Shown here: one piece after another, positions 50,070 to 62,469 of the stretch | How the letters are laid out: every line of letters starts with the position of its first letter | How positions within the stretch are numbered: the first letter of the stretch is position 1 | Translations under genes and position numbers: made by a program | Assembly (NCBI GenBank): GCA_951406725.2 | Contig: OX597820.1 | Span: forward strand, 2,542,001-2,606,000 | Origin: Octopus vulgaris | Taxonomy: Eukaryota | Reading direction: 5' to 3' | DNA: 64,000 nucleotides | Notes under the pieces: generated by a model | The model's database searches: none | What the model saw: only the letters and a program-made list of their open reading frames with translations | What the model was told of the DNA's origin: nothing

Positions 50070-50241
50070 ATTCTGTAGCAGCCATTACTGCAGCTCCAAG
50101 ACCTCCTTGTGATGACATGGCTGAAGCACAAGATTCCAGTTTGATCGGAATAATTGTGCAGGTTTGAGTACAATGACCATCACAGTTGGAAGATTTGGAA
50201 TGGCTTCGTGTTTCAATGACACACTTTTCAGCTCCGTTCTC
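50070..50241 (-). CDS. TTC17: TTC17 exon (ENGAEKCVIETRSHSKSSNCDGHCTQTC...AATE)
   Basis: ttcttatag acceptor, T|gtaagg donor, 172 nt, phase 0 to 1. Not in the ORF track. Confidence 0.75.
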
Positions 50242-51495
50242 CTATAAGAAATAAAAAAAATTAATTTAAAAAATAAAAATCAATCTGAAAAATTTATTGA
50301 CTATTTATTGATTATATGTCAGCATAGGATTTAACTTGACACATTTAATCAGACAACATCCATCCACTTCCAGTGAATCTGGTCCCCCATAATAAGGTAT
50401 GAGACATTTCAGCACAGCTGTTTGGCATCATTGATTCGACTCTGACTCATGTGACATCAGATGTTTTAATGCTTCTCTTGTTTTCCCCAATCACTCTCTC
50501 TATGTATGTAGGTATATTTCTATTTATGTGTCTGAGGAGAGTGAAAAGTGCTGATGTCAATCGTGTTCAGTTAGAAAATTGTAATGTCACTCTTTCTTAC
50601 TCTGCTCTCTCTCTCTCTCTATATATATGTTTATTTCTGCACTTAGTAGTCCTGGATACATTCATCAGCATCATCATGGTTCTCACTTGCTTTTGTCTGG
50701 TCCATGCTTGCTGTTATAATGTAGATCCTCGTCCACTTGTATGTTGTTGTCGGGACTGCAATATTCTTGTTGCCACTGTTATATTGTGGTGGTATTCCAT
50801 GTCCTACTATCTCTGACTCCTCTATCGTGCTTTCACTGATAATTCCACAGGACAATGACTTTGAAATGTCTACCTTGACAGTAACTTAAACTCATATATA
50901 TCACGTAACTGAGAAACTCATACAACTACTACTACTACTGACCGACTCTGGCTTTATAATGGCTGGATCATACCACTTTGCCACATGGGAAAGGAAGTAC
51001 CATTTTCACTATAACACTTGCAAGGATCAGACAAGACTACATTTGAGCAAAGTTTCTAGGGCCAGATGCCTTTGCTGGTGCCAACCCTTACCTGTTTCAA
51101 AACGAGGTAATAATTCTGCCCCCACCCCCAGTTTACTGAACAATAAACAGCCCAGATATGGTTACACAGAAACAAATAACACTACAAAGGAGTCTTTTGT
51201 TTACTGAGACCACGCAACATGTCCGTGTGGTAGACTGCAAAGCAAAGCACACAATCACTACAATAACTGATGCTTTTGTTTACAATCAGCAAACCTGAAG
51301 ATGAGGGGAAGTAAGAAGGAATTCACTCCCACAAATGCACACATTTAAGCTCAAAATTTACGAACCCACAACCAGTGGTTGATATAATTTATCCAATCGC
51401 ATAAAGTCATTTACCAGTTCAATAACATGTCCGAAGTCAAAGGAAAATATAAGAAAATAACAAAAAAACAGCAAAGGTTATTTTGGTTGCCTTAC

Positions 51496-51792
51496 AGTTT
51501 GACATATGACCCTGCTCTCTCCTTGAGGAATGTTGGTAGAATACATTATTTTCTGTTGACAATTCGGACTTGTAGTGGAAGAATCGGTCATGCCATTTGT
51601 ATCACTCAGATGGTGCGAGGCCTCACTCTGCGCCGGTTTGTGAAACTTCTGTTGACATTTCACTGCCCGCAGTGCACTGTAAGCTTCTTTCAGACCGTAT
51701 GGTTCTACAAGAGCTTGTTCGTAATGCCACACAGCACCTGTATAGTTTTGGGTGGCAACAAGTAAATTGCCCAAAAAATAGTTGGTCAAAGG
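51496..51792 (-). CDS. TTC17: TTC17 exon (PLTNYFLGNLLVATQNYTGAVWHYEQAL...ESRVICQT), TPR
   Basis: Resembles human TTC17 PLTFLSLGNAYLALKNISGALEAFRQAL as recalled. 297 nt, canonical sites. Confidence 0.88.
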
Positions 51793-54062
51793 CTGGAAAT
51801 AAACAAAAAAGTAAGGAATGAAAGGTTTAACATACTCCAAGCATTCAAAACTGGGAAAAAAGCCCCCATAATTATTATAAAACTAGATTTTCTTTACTCT
51901 ATAAAACTCTAAAGCTTAGAGTCTGCTTAAATAATTTCTTTTTTTTTTTTTTTTTTCATAAGTGTGGTAAGTTTGCTTTCCAGTGACATGGTTCCAGGTT
52001 CAGTCCCACTGTATGGCACCTTGGACAACAGCCTTCTATTAGACTCGGGTCAACTAAAGCCATGTGAGTGGATTTGATAGATGGAAACTGAAAGAAGCCT
52101 GTTGTATATATGTGTGTGTGTTCTCTCACCAACACTTAATAACCAGTGTTGGTATGTTTACATCCTGCACCTTAGTTTGGTAAAAGAGACCAATAGAATA
52201 AGTACCGGGCTTAAAAATAACTACTGGGATCAATTCGTTTGACTAAAATTTTTCAAGGTGGTGCCCCAGCATGGCCACAATCTAATGACTGAAACAAGTA
52301 AAAGATGTTCTCCAACAGCATCTTCCTTATCCACTCCTTCATCCATGCTTGGAAATCAAGTTTGTTTTTACCTTCAATCATCCTATTTCACTGCCTGTTA
52401 CTCTTTTTTTTTTTCTGGATCCAGTCATTGGATTGTGTCCTGCTGGACTATCACCTTCCACGATTTTCTTTGACCATATCAATGCCAGTTTTGCTAGAGA
52501 TAAGAGCAAAATCAAAGTTGATGTTGAAGGTCAAATGGCAAAAACTGTCACATTTTGTCCACCTTATCAGGACTGAGAACTTTGGTGCCCACCTCCTCCA
52601 AGGCTGGATGGACAGAAGCAAAAGCACGAATGGAGCATCTCCAAAATGTGGCTTAGAAAACCATCCTCGTCATCATTTAACATCCATGTTCCATGCTGGT
52701 ATAAGTTGGATGGTTTAACAAGGATTCAATGGGTGGAAGGACTACATCGTACTCCAGTGTCTGCTCTGGCCTGGTTTCTACAGCTGGATGCCCTTCCAAA
52801 TACTTTACAGTGTCTACTGGGTATTTTCCCCATGCAGCTGGCACTAACGAAGGTCACCACACAGCTTGCAAGAGTGTGAGCCATAAATGTGTGTGGGGGG
52901 AGACATCGTTATGCTTGGAAAATAAGGAGGAGAGAAGGTTAAGTTATGAGAATAAAAAAGGGGGTGGAGCCGAATAGGTTTCTTGCTGTGGATGAATTAC
53001 ATAGGTTTTACACATTTTAGAAGAGAGAATGAGGGTAACTGGGTGAAGCTGGAAAGTGGGGTCTTTATATGTGGTAATGGCAAAAAATATAAGAAATTCT
53101 AGACAAACCAATATGAGTATGAGCAGTTGGTTAGTGGGTTGTAATGTTGTCGTTTGTCTGCTTTCCATGCTGGCATGGGTTGGACGGTTTGACTTAGAAC
53201 TGGCAAGCCAGGAGGTTGCATCGGGCTCCAGTCTGATTTGGCCTGGTTTCTACAGCTGGGTGCCCTTCTTAATGCCAACCACCCTAAGAGTGTAGTGGTT
53301 GCTTTTTATGTGCAACTGGCACGGGAGCCAGTCAGGTGGCACTGGCATCGGCCACGCTCAAATGGTGCTTTTTTTACATAAATCTTCGATGACAATGATG
53401 CAATAAGGAGAGAAAGAGCTGCACTACTGCTATGACAGAGTACCACAAATGTTCATAAGGGGTCAACATGCTTAGAAATAATTCCTGGAGAATTGAGGAA
53501 TTAAATATCTGGACTAAAATTAGGAATTAGGAAGCAATATTTTCATTGTATAATAATTAATGTCCTAAACACTAATCACATGAAGAAAGTGAGACACTGA
53601 AGCTCTTGAAAATTATGTTGAACTGTTTGAAGCCATTGTTGTTCACCTCTTTAGCAAAGACACCTGCTCCTACTCCTCTATCATGTTTTCATAGCCCTCA
53701 ATACTCTACCCCACCCAGTCGAGGGGGCCTTGTCTTGTGTATATTTGGTGGTCTCACCAGGTGCTGGTGCTATGGAAAATGCCCCCACCCCCACCCCGTA
53801 CACTTTGTGTGAAGTGGTTGGCATTAAGAAGGCCATGCAAAAGCAGACACTGGAATTTGGTACAGCCATCTGGTTCACCAGGGCCTGTCAAGCCATCCAA
53901 CTGATACTAGCATAGAAAAGGGGACATTAAATGATGATGATGATGTTTGAATCGAGATTCCCTCATCCATAAATACTCTGTTTCAAGATTGAAGAGGAAA
54001 AAGAAAACAAATAAACAATATCCAACAAACAAAATAAGCAAAACCATTGAATTCTTTCTCAC

Positions 54063-54287
54063 CTCTACACTGTTAATCATAAGAGCATCTTTTATGACAA
54101 CAATTGCATCGTCATAGCGACCAACTCTATATAGAATGCTGCCAAGATTGATGAGAGGGACATCTCGGTAGAGTTCAGGAACTGTGTACAGGGCCCGTCT
54201 TATACATTCAATTCCATAGAAAGCATTGCCCAATATTCTCCAATAGAGTCCAGCTAGGTTGAAAAGAATCCAGTTTGGACTAATACT
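54063..54287 (-). CDS. TTC17: TTC17 exon (PNWILFNLAGLYWRILGNAFYGIECIRRAL...DVPLINLGSILYR...INSVE), TPRs
   Basis: Matches the TTC17 signature WLILNEAGLYWRAVGN..CLQRAL..DVPLVNLANLL..AINSSE as recalled. 225 nt, canonical sites. Confidence 0.92.
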
Positions 54288-55595
54288 CTAAAATAGACAA
54301 ATAGTTGTGTTTATAATTATGAAGGAAATGAATAGAAAATGAAAGGACAAATTTGTTTTATAAGACTGTCTAGAATTAACATTAACATCCTTGTTATCAA
54401 CAGATCATAGTTGTTGCTCAAATTACTGTGATTTTTTATAAGCCATAATATTTGAATATAAGAGTCATGCCCCACATAATGGTCCCTTTATTAAGGCACA
54501 AAGCCAGCAATTTTGAGGGAAGCAGGTCAGTTGATTCATTGAGCTAATATTAAACTGGTACTTGATGTTATTGACTACGAAAGGATGAAAGGCAAAGTTT
54601 GACGATGATGGGAAGTGAATTCCTAGTATAAAAAGCCAGAAGAAAAACCATAGCTCCAATGATTCTGAGCTTTGTGGCTTTCTTCTTTAGTGACATCTGC
54701 TGAGATTGTTGAGGGCTGTGTGGATGGTCACTGGAATGTACTTTGGTGGTCCAAACAGAATCTTTGACTGATTGTTGACCCACGTTATCACAGATTAATC
54801 CAGGATAAGCATAACAGTTTACAATTGATTGCCGTATGTTATACTGAGTCATTGATAAATGAGGATAGATTCATTAGGTTTTTGGCCAAAGGAACTGCCA
54901 GGCATTAGTCTGAATGTCACGGTATATTCCACCATGGAATATTTGATTATGAAAGCGGCACTGAGGCAGAGAAAGCAATTAGCTCTCTACATGATCTATT
55001 CAGAATACATTTTTATCAGCTTGTGTGAAACCCTGTAGCTGAGTGGTTAGTGTGTCTGGCTCATGACATGATTGTGAGTTCAATTCCCAGGTGGCACATT
55101 GTGTCCTTAGGGCAAGTCACTTTATTTCATGTTGCTCCAGTCCACTCAGCTGGCAAAACTGAATAGTACCAGTAATTCAAAGGGAGCCAACCCTGTCACA
55201 CTGAATCTCCCTGAGAACTATTTTTATGGGTACACAGGTGTCTGTAACAAGTGTTCCAGTTGATGCGCTCGTGAAATTCACAGACACGCATACCCTTAGG
55301 ATAGTCCTCAGGGAGAGTCAGCATGACAAAGGATGTGTCAAGTCTGGCCCTTTGAAATACAGGTACTACTAATTTTGGTCAGCTGAGTGGACTGGAGCAA
55401 TGTGGAATAAAGTGCCTTGCAGAACTGAACTTAACAACCTTACAGTTGTGAGCCAGATACTCTTAACTCTGTACCTTCACAATTCATGCACCTTGACTAA
55501 TACAAGTAGAATTCAAGACATTACTGACAGCAAGGATGGCAATGGTGTTTTTTCTTTGTTAGGATTACTTTAAAGAAAGCATCAACCTTACTAAC

Positions 55596-55673
55596 CTGTT
55601 TTAAAGCAGTAAGAATCCTCTGTCCAACCTCTTCTTTGGTGACAATTCCGTTGTTTACGTGGTCCAGGAGAAT
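55596..55673 (-). CDS. TTC17: TTC17 exon (ILLDHVNNGIVTKEEVGQRILTALKQ)
   Basis: Resembles human ILLSRINNYTIPEEEIGSFLFHAINK. cttgcag acceptor, gttagt donor, 78 nt. Confidence 0.85.
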
Positions 55674-56660
55674 CTGCAAGAAATACACAACAAACAACAC
55701 AGTTCACCAAACACCTTCCTCTGCACCTTTAAAAATATATAAAGTAAACAGGGTTGGACTGTTATGATTCTTTCGTTATTGCTGTTATCAGAATGGGGTC
55801 GGGGGATGTGAAGCAGATTTGCTAACGAATATGTAATCAAGAAAAAATAGCCATAATAAATGCAAGCATGGCTAGGTGGTCAAAAAACTCACTTTGCAAC
55901 CACGTGGTTTTTGGTTCAGTCCCACTGTGTAGCAGGTGTCTTCTACAAGAGCCTAGGGCCAGCCAATGTCTTGTGAGTGAATTTGGTAGACAGAAACTGT
56001 GTGGAAACCTGTTGTGTGTGTACGAGTGCTCTCTATGTCTTTGCATCTGTTTGTCCTCATCATTGCATAACTGATGTTGGCTTGTTTATATCCCTGTAAT
56101 TTTAGCAGTTTGGCAAAATAAGTACCAGATTTACAAATGAGTACTGGGGTCGATCTATTCGACCCCAGAAGGCAGTGTCCCTAGCATGGCTACAGTCCAG
56201 TGACTGAAGCAAGTAGAAGATGGTACTGCAGCCTCACTTCTCTGAACGGGATACATGGAATTTATTGAGGCATATTTGATATGGCTGGATGCCCTTCCTG
56301 TCGCCAACCCTTATTTGTTTGCAACCAAGATAATGCAAGACCAGACATGTTTTCATGGAAGACTGGAAGCAAATGACCCTGCTTGTATGACTGATACTCA
56401 GTCACAGCTATTACATGATGTCAAAACCAGAAGATACCTACATACACACATGATGAGCTTCTTTCAGTTTCCTTATCCCAAAATCAATTCAGAAGTTTTT
56501 GGTCAGCTTAAGGCTGTAGGAGAAGACCTTTACCCAAGGTGCCATGCAATGGGACTACCTGAAACCACACAGTTTAGGAATCAAACTTCTCAACCAAACA
56601 GCCATGTGTGTGTGTGTGTGTGTGTGTGTGTAGTTAGTATCCGTTAGTTACAGAACTTAC

Positions 56661-56850
56661 CTGTCTCATGGCTGGCTCAGGAAACTTCAAAGCAAAGTTA
56701 GCCCGGTCAGCCACAGACCGGATGTGATCATAAGTGAGAACACTACCATCAGTGATATCCAAAAGTGGGGTACAAATGGGTGGATACCATGGAAGGGGAT
56801 GTTCATCTCCAGCATAAAGACTCTGAGCTTCCGAAAGTAAAGCACGAACT
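56661..56850 (-). CDS. TTC17: TTC17 exon (VRALLSEAQSL...PWYPPICTP...YDHIRSVADRANFALKFPEPAMRQ)
   Basis: ctttcag acceptor, CAG|gtaagt donor, 190 nt, phase 2 to 0, consistent with neighbouring exons. Confidence 0.85.
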
Positions 56851-57862
56851 CTGAAAGGATAAAATGCAAACAGTAAAGACAGGTGAGATTATTGACAACA
56901 ACTACCATATCAGCAATATATATATCTTTTAGCCGTCACTAGACTGTGGCCATGCTGCAGCACTGCTCTGATGAATTTTAGTCGAAGAATGCAATACTTT
57001 TGCATTTTCTCAAGCCTGGTGCTTATTCTACTGGTTTGTTTTACCAAACTACTGTTACAGGGATGTAAACACACCAACACTGGTTGTCAAGAGACAAACA
57101 TAGACACACACATACAGGATGGGCTTCTTTAAGTCTTGTCTACCAAATCTACTCAAAAGGCTTTGGTTGGCCTGATGCTTCAGTAGAAGACACTTGCCCA
57201 AGGTGCCATGCAATGGAATTGAACCCAGGACTATGTGGTTGGGAAGCAAGCTTCTTGCCCCCATCATGTCTATATATGTATATTGACAACTTCTGTGTAA
57301 GCAATGTATATGGTTATGAAAAAAAAAAGGTTTTAATTTCGAATAGGTGCTCACTTTGCAACTACTTGGTTCTAGGTTCAGTCCCACTGCATGGCACCTT
57401 GGGCAAGTATCTTCTACTATAGCCCTTGGGCTGAACAATGCCCTGTGAGTAAATTTGCTAGATAGAGACTGTGCGGAAGCCTATCATGTGTGTTTGTGTT
57501 TGTTCCTTTATATACCACATGTCAACCTGTATTGGTTTGTTTGCATCCCTGTTATTTCATAACTTAGAGGTTGGCAAAAGAGACCAACATAACTACCAGA
57601 CTTATATACGTGTATGTGTGTGTGTTTGTCCCCCACTCTCTGACCACTGCCTGACAACCAGTGTTGGTGTATTTATGTCCCCTGTAACTTAGTGGTTTCA
57701 GTAAAAGAGACTGACAGAGTAAGTACCTGGGGCTTAAGAAGGGAATAAGTCGATTCATGTGACTAAAACACCTTGAAGGCAATGCCCCAGCATGGCCGCA
57801 GTCTAATGACTGCAACAAGTAAAAGAATGGAAGAAAGATGAATGACATCACTTTCTACTTAC

Positions 57863-57990
57863 TCAAATCCTTTGTTTTCAGGGGACAGGTAAACAGTCGA
57901 CATATTCTGAGGATCAGGAAACTTTTGAACATACATATCACATTCTTCCTTTGATGGCCAGTCTACGGGCATTTCCTTGTGATGATGGCT
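57863..57990 (-). CDS. TTC17: TTC17 exon (…DWPSKEECDMYVQKFPDPQNMSTVYLSPENKGF)
   Basis: Resembles human WPKRADC..PTYFLPPENKGL. tttttcag acceptor, GA|gtaagt donor, 128 nt. No upstream exons were found in the window. Confidence 0.88.
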
Positions 57991-60564
57991 CTGAAAAAGC
58001 AGAGGAGACGTACATACATACACACACGCACACACACACATGTATATATATTTAATCTTGATATAAAAAGACAGCAAACAGAAAATATGACCTGCCTACC
58101 TCTCTCTATATATATATACATGTATATATATATATATATGTATATATATAATTTTAAAAAATGTGTTGTAAATGAACAAACGATTATATACTAAATCCAC
58201 AGCCAGACAGAAAACATGGGTCACCAACTGCTGGTCAGTTATTGGCCAGAGTGGTCAAATGCAATTTCAGCCATTCTTGACAATATTGCTTCCACTCTGG
58301 AGGTTCCGACAAGAAACTTGCCAGGAATGGGACCTAAACATTACAGAACGAGACGAGGGACAAAACAAGAAACAGAGTAAAGGCACTGGGCCATACAAAG
58401 ATGACAATAATAATAATAATAATAATACGTGTACAACAAAAAGCCTTGGGGTTAAGAAATAATTAAGATTCAGCTGAATTTGGTACTTAAGTTGAGGCAC
58501 CGAGTCAGTCTGGGATTATCCTCACTGCTTTGAAGTAAGGTGAAAAAAAGGCAAATGAGTAAGAAGAATGTCCAGGTATCAGTGCCTTACGGCAGTTCCA
58601 GGTGGATCCATTTAATTGATCAATTGAAGCAGTACATCAATTTGGAATACAACCGCCTTCCTCGGATGTATACAACTATTATCGCTTTCCAACATACAGG
58701 ATACTCCATCATTATCATTTGATGTCCGTTTTCCATGCTGGCATGGGTTGGATGGTTTGACTGGGGTTTGGGAAGCCAGGAGGCTGCACCAGGCCCCAAT
58801 CTGATCTGGCAGAGTTTCTACAGCTGGATGCCCTTCCTAATGCCAACCACTCTGAAAGTGTAGTGGGTGCTTTTTACATGCCACCAGCACGGAAGCCAAA
58901 GTGTCATTTTAGCAAATTTTACATCAGAACTATTATTGTAGCAGAATGAAGTTAGGGAGAAAACACCCCAACTTTAATTTGGAGAGGTAGAAGAAAGTAA
59001 GAACGGGAGTCAGGAGATGGTCATATAGCTACATTTATCTCCTTCGCCTTGTCACAATGCAAAGATCTAATGCCTTTTTGCTTTATATATATATAAACAA
59101 TTGAATAAGGTGGAGTTAACAAGAAAGAGCCCAGTTGGAGATTTATTTGTAATCACTACAATTGTTTCTGCGCAACACAGCTCTCCGGGCCTGCAGGTAT
59201 TTGGATCTGTAACCATTTCTCTGTAGTACTACTTGATAGCACCAGGTGAAATCTGCAGGACAAGCTTTATACTGTACTCTATTACGTTCCTAACAGAATA
59301 TAACAGAACTACACACACACACATATATAGGCCGGGATGCAGACATCTAAAATTGCTCTAGTTTTTTTGTTTTTGTGACCACCACATGGCAACAACATGA
59401 TATTTTGCACAACGGTAGAGAAAAATATGCATAACAACCACACAAACTCGTCAAGCGTGGAAAGTGCACATTAATGAGTTATCATACTTTTAATATTTTG
59501 CAATTATGTCTGTTGGATTCTTGAGTCCTCAGTTGGAAACCAGGCCAATGGCGTTGTGTGTTGGACTGGTTTTTTGTTGTGAAGGAAAGATTGTGATGTA
59601 CAGAATGTCGAAACAAATCTAATTTCAGAATAAGATTGCAAACTTAAATTTACATCCTATTAGAAATATTTCCACTTACTGAAGCACATTTGCAAACCAT
59701 TAAAATTAAATGGGGGAGGGGTGTTGTGAAGAGTAAATTTTGTCTGACCCCTGAAGCATGTCAAATCTTAAAAAAATACATTTAATCTTTAAAAATGATG
59801 ATATGATGATAATAACAATAATACTTGTAATATTAACAAGACCAAAGAAACTCATCATTTTTCTCTTGTCTTCCTCATCCTTGTCTTACACTCTTCTGCC
59901 CTCAACCTCTTCTCTCATGCCTGTACCTCTGTCTCTCATGCTCGCTCTCACTCTCTCTATTTCTTGCATGTATGCACACACACACACACACACACACATA
60001 TGCGTACATGCACAGACATCCTCCTCTCTCTCTCTCTCTCCCACTCCACATCTCTTCATTCCAAACAGAAAATCTTGAGAAACGATAAAAGTATCCTCCC
60101 ACATAATATTGATTCCAATCTGCTTTACTATAACTAACTCAGACATTTGACACACGTGGCATAAAACAGTTATTGATGTCCATTTTCAGCTTGTTTTCAT
60201 TAATAACACTCCATGTTGGTAGCTTATTAATGACTGCATAAATTGAATCAAATAAATTCAAAGGTCCCAAAGCAGTTTCTTATATGATCAGGTTGCATTG
60301 TCCATGTACGGCATGACAAATACCTCATCTGGCCATCGTTTCAAAGCTGTGTCTAACATCCTATACATTTTCAGTTAATGCAGGATGAAAACTTTACCAC
60401 AGAGGTAAATGTCTGTAAAATAACATTTGTGGCTTTAAATATGGGAATTCAGTAACTCACTGGAGAAGTGACAAACTATGCTTCCAATGAATTACTGTTG
60501 AATTTGATGCATGAAGATGCATGCAGGTAAAATTGAACTTTACAGGTAATCCAAGTCACCTTTC

Positions 60565-61010
60565 TCATTTGAGGTGACCTCTCGCACACCTCTCCTCTTC
60601 TACCTCATTGTCTGCATCATCTTCATCACCTTCCACATCATTTTCTGCTTGAGCTAAATTTTGGCAATGAATGCATCTACACAGGTCTGTGCAGGTTCCC
60701 TTGTGCTGTCGACACAAGCACCGACCCCTTTCCTTCACCTTTGGGTTCCTCACAGCTATTCTTCTTGCAACTGCAAAAAGTAATCTCAAGCAAAGAACTT
60801 GGTGCAGGTGGAAGATCGCCACTCCCCCCCCTCCACTACCTCTGTAGTGGTATCTTACTTCCCATCCGTGGTTGTGTGGGCTGGGGAAACTGTACAAGAC
60901 ATTTGCTATGTACTCCTTCCTGCTAGGTAGTTTGCCCTCGTCAGGTTTTTCACCATGGCATCATGTGTGGGGGGCATAGTCATCTCTGCTTTAGTGCCCA
61001 TCAACAACTC
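60565..61010 (-). mobile_element. Academ-like DNA transposon C-terminal relic (XPG-end motif plus Cys-rich finger)
   Basis: MPPTHDAMVKNLTRANYLA..PSPHNHGW..RCLCRQHKGTCTDLCRCIHCQN followed by an acidic tail; frameshifted. Confidence 0.6.
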
Positions 61011-61550
61011 ATCACTACAAGATGCACGTGTACCTTGGCCTTCCGCTTCCGGGTTTGTTTTGCTCACATCATCCAATTAGAGCAAGTCGTTCTGCTTTTT
61101 CCGTGAGGACCCTTTCCAGACGATTTTTTAAAATTCTTTCAACACTATAGCACATTCTTTGACCTTATTGAAACTTTTCTCTGACAATGGGTCTTAATCA
61201 CATGCATGTAACAAAATGCCAAAGACTTCCCCTCAGAAGCGTCCACATCAGAAGACAAGAAAGACGACGTGTGCCATGTGCGCTGAATGCAACGAGGCAT
61301 ATGATTGGTCAACTTAGGAGTTGTCTTCCAAAATGCAAATTAAACAACCATGCTGGTTGGTTTACGATTATTCTGAAAAGTTATTTTTCACACATTTTCT
61401 CAATTTTTTATAAAAAAGTGCAACTTTTACGCCTGTCAGGTTTGAGGGATGACTTTTATTATATTTCTAAATAATGTGAGAATTTGAGATAGTTGCCTGA
61501 TGGTGGCCACAAAAAGTCGATGTTTGGGATTTTGCATATCAACATACATA

Positions 61551-61958
61551 TATAATTATTTTATGTATGAGAAAAGAAAACGGAGAAACTGACATATAAA
61601 CATCAATTTATTAGAACTTAATACAATTCTGAACAATACCCAACTCAATTTCACCTACAGCTGTTTCCATGCCCAATTGAATTAAATCAAATTTCCATAT
61701 CGAATATGGGGAAGAATTTGATAGAAAGGAGCTACATTCTGATGGGTTGTTTGACCCCTGATAGACTCCCCTGATGAAATACCTAATTAACGATATTCAA
61801 TATGGAAATTTAATTTAATTTCTTAGATTGATTCAATTGGGCATGGAAACAGTTGTAGGTGAAACTGAGTTGGATATTGTTCAGAATATTTATTATGTTC
61901 TAATAAATTGATGTCAACTTCTCTGTTTTCTTTTCTCATTCATAAAAAAAATTATAAT
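61551..61958. repeat. Inverted pair of Penelope-like pLTR segments
   Basis: About 61551-61707 is the reverse complement of about 61793-61958. Both arms carry the GAAAcag[c/t]tGTAggtga hammerhead half. Confidence 0.85.
61766..61862 (+). ncRNA. Hammerhead motif with long stem II, decayed
   Basis: ctccc-CTGATGA (61771-61777), atacctaattaa...ttcaattgggcatg, GAAA (61846-61849), cagtt-GTA-ggtga. The minus-arm copy keeps the ACAGCTGT palindrome. Confidence 0.65.
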
Positions 61959-62434
61959 AATCTACCCAGATCTATCAATGTGATAGATCTGGGTAGATCT
62001 TTGGTTTTTTCACTGATACACTGGATATAACCAGGAAACTCCAATTGCTGATATCCCTTTGATAGGATTTATATCCTTGATTTAGTTGTATGTATGTATA
62101 TTTATTGAGTATTATCTGAGCGATAACCTCATAATTTCCATTTAAAAGCTTCTATTCTGTTATTGGCTGCCATATGCCATCATAGAGCAGGTTAATTCCT
62201 TGAACTGGATTAGCTAATTAGGCTGAAGCATTTAAAAAATGGGGAACTGGATGGGATCCAGCTGTGCTTTAAAAGCAACCAACCTGATGGAGGACCAGTA
62301 CACAGATGCTGCAGCTGGGCTTATTTATGTAATTTATATAAAGGTATGAGGCTGAAAAACTCAGCAACTTGCAGCCATTACCATTGCAAAGAAACAAATG
62401 TTGTAATTAAACCATGTTTATTCCATTCACTTGT

Positions 62435-62469
<35 letters not shown>

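Noticed and set aside
59140-59253. Possible upstream TTC17 exon after a ctgcag acceptor
   Set aside because: All three frames reach stops without a convincing donor, and none resembles TTC17.
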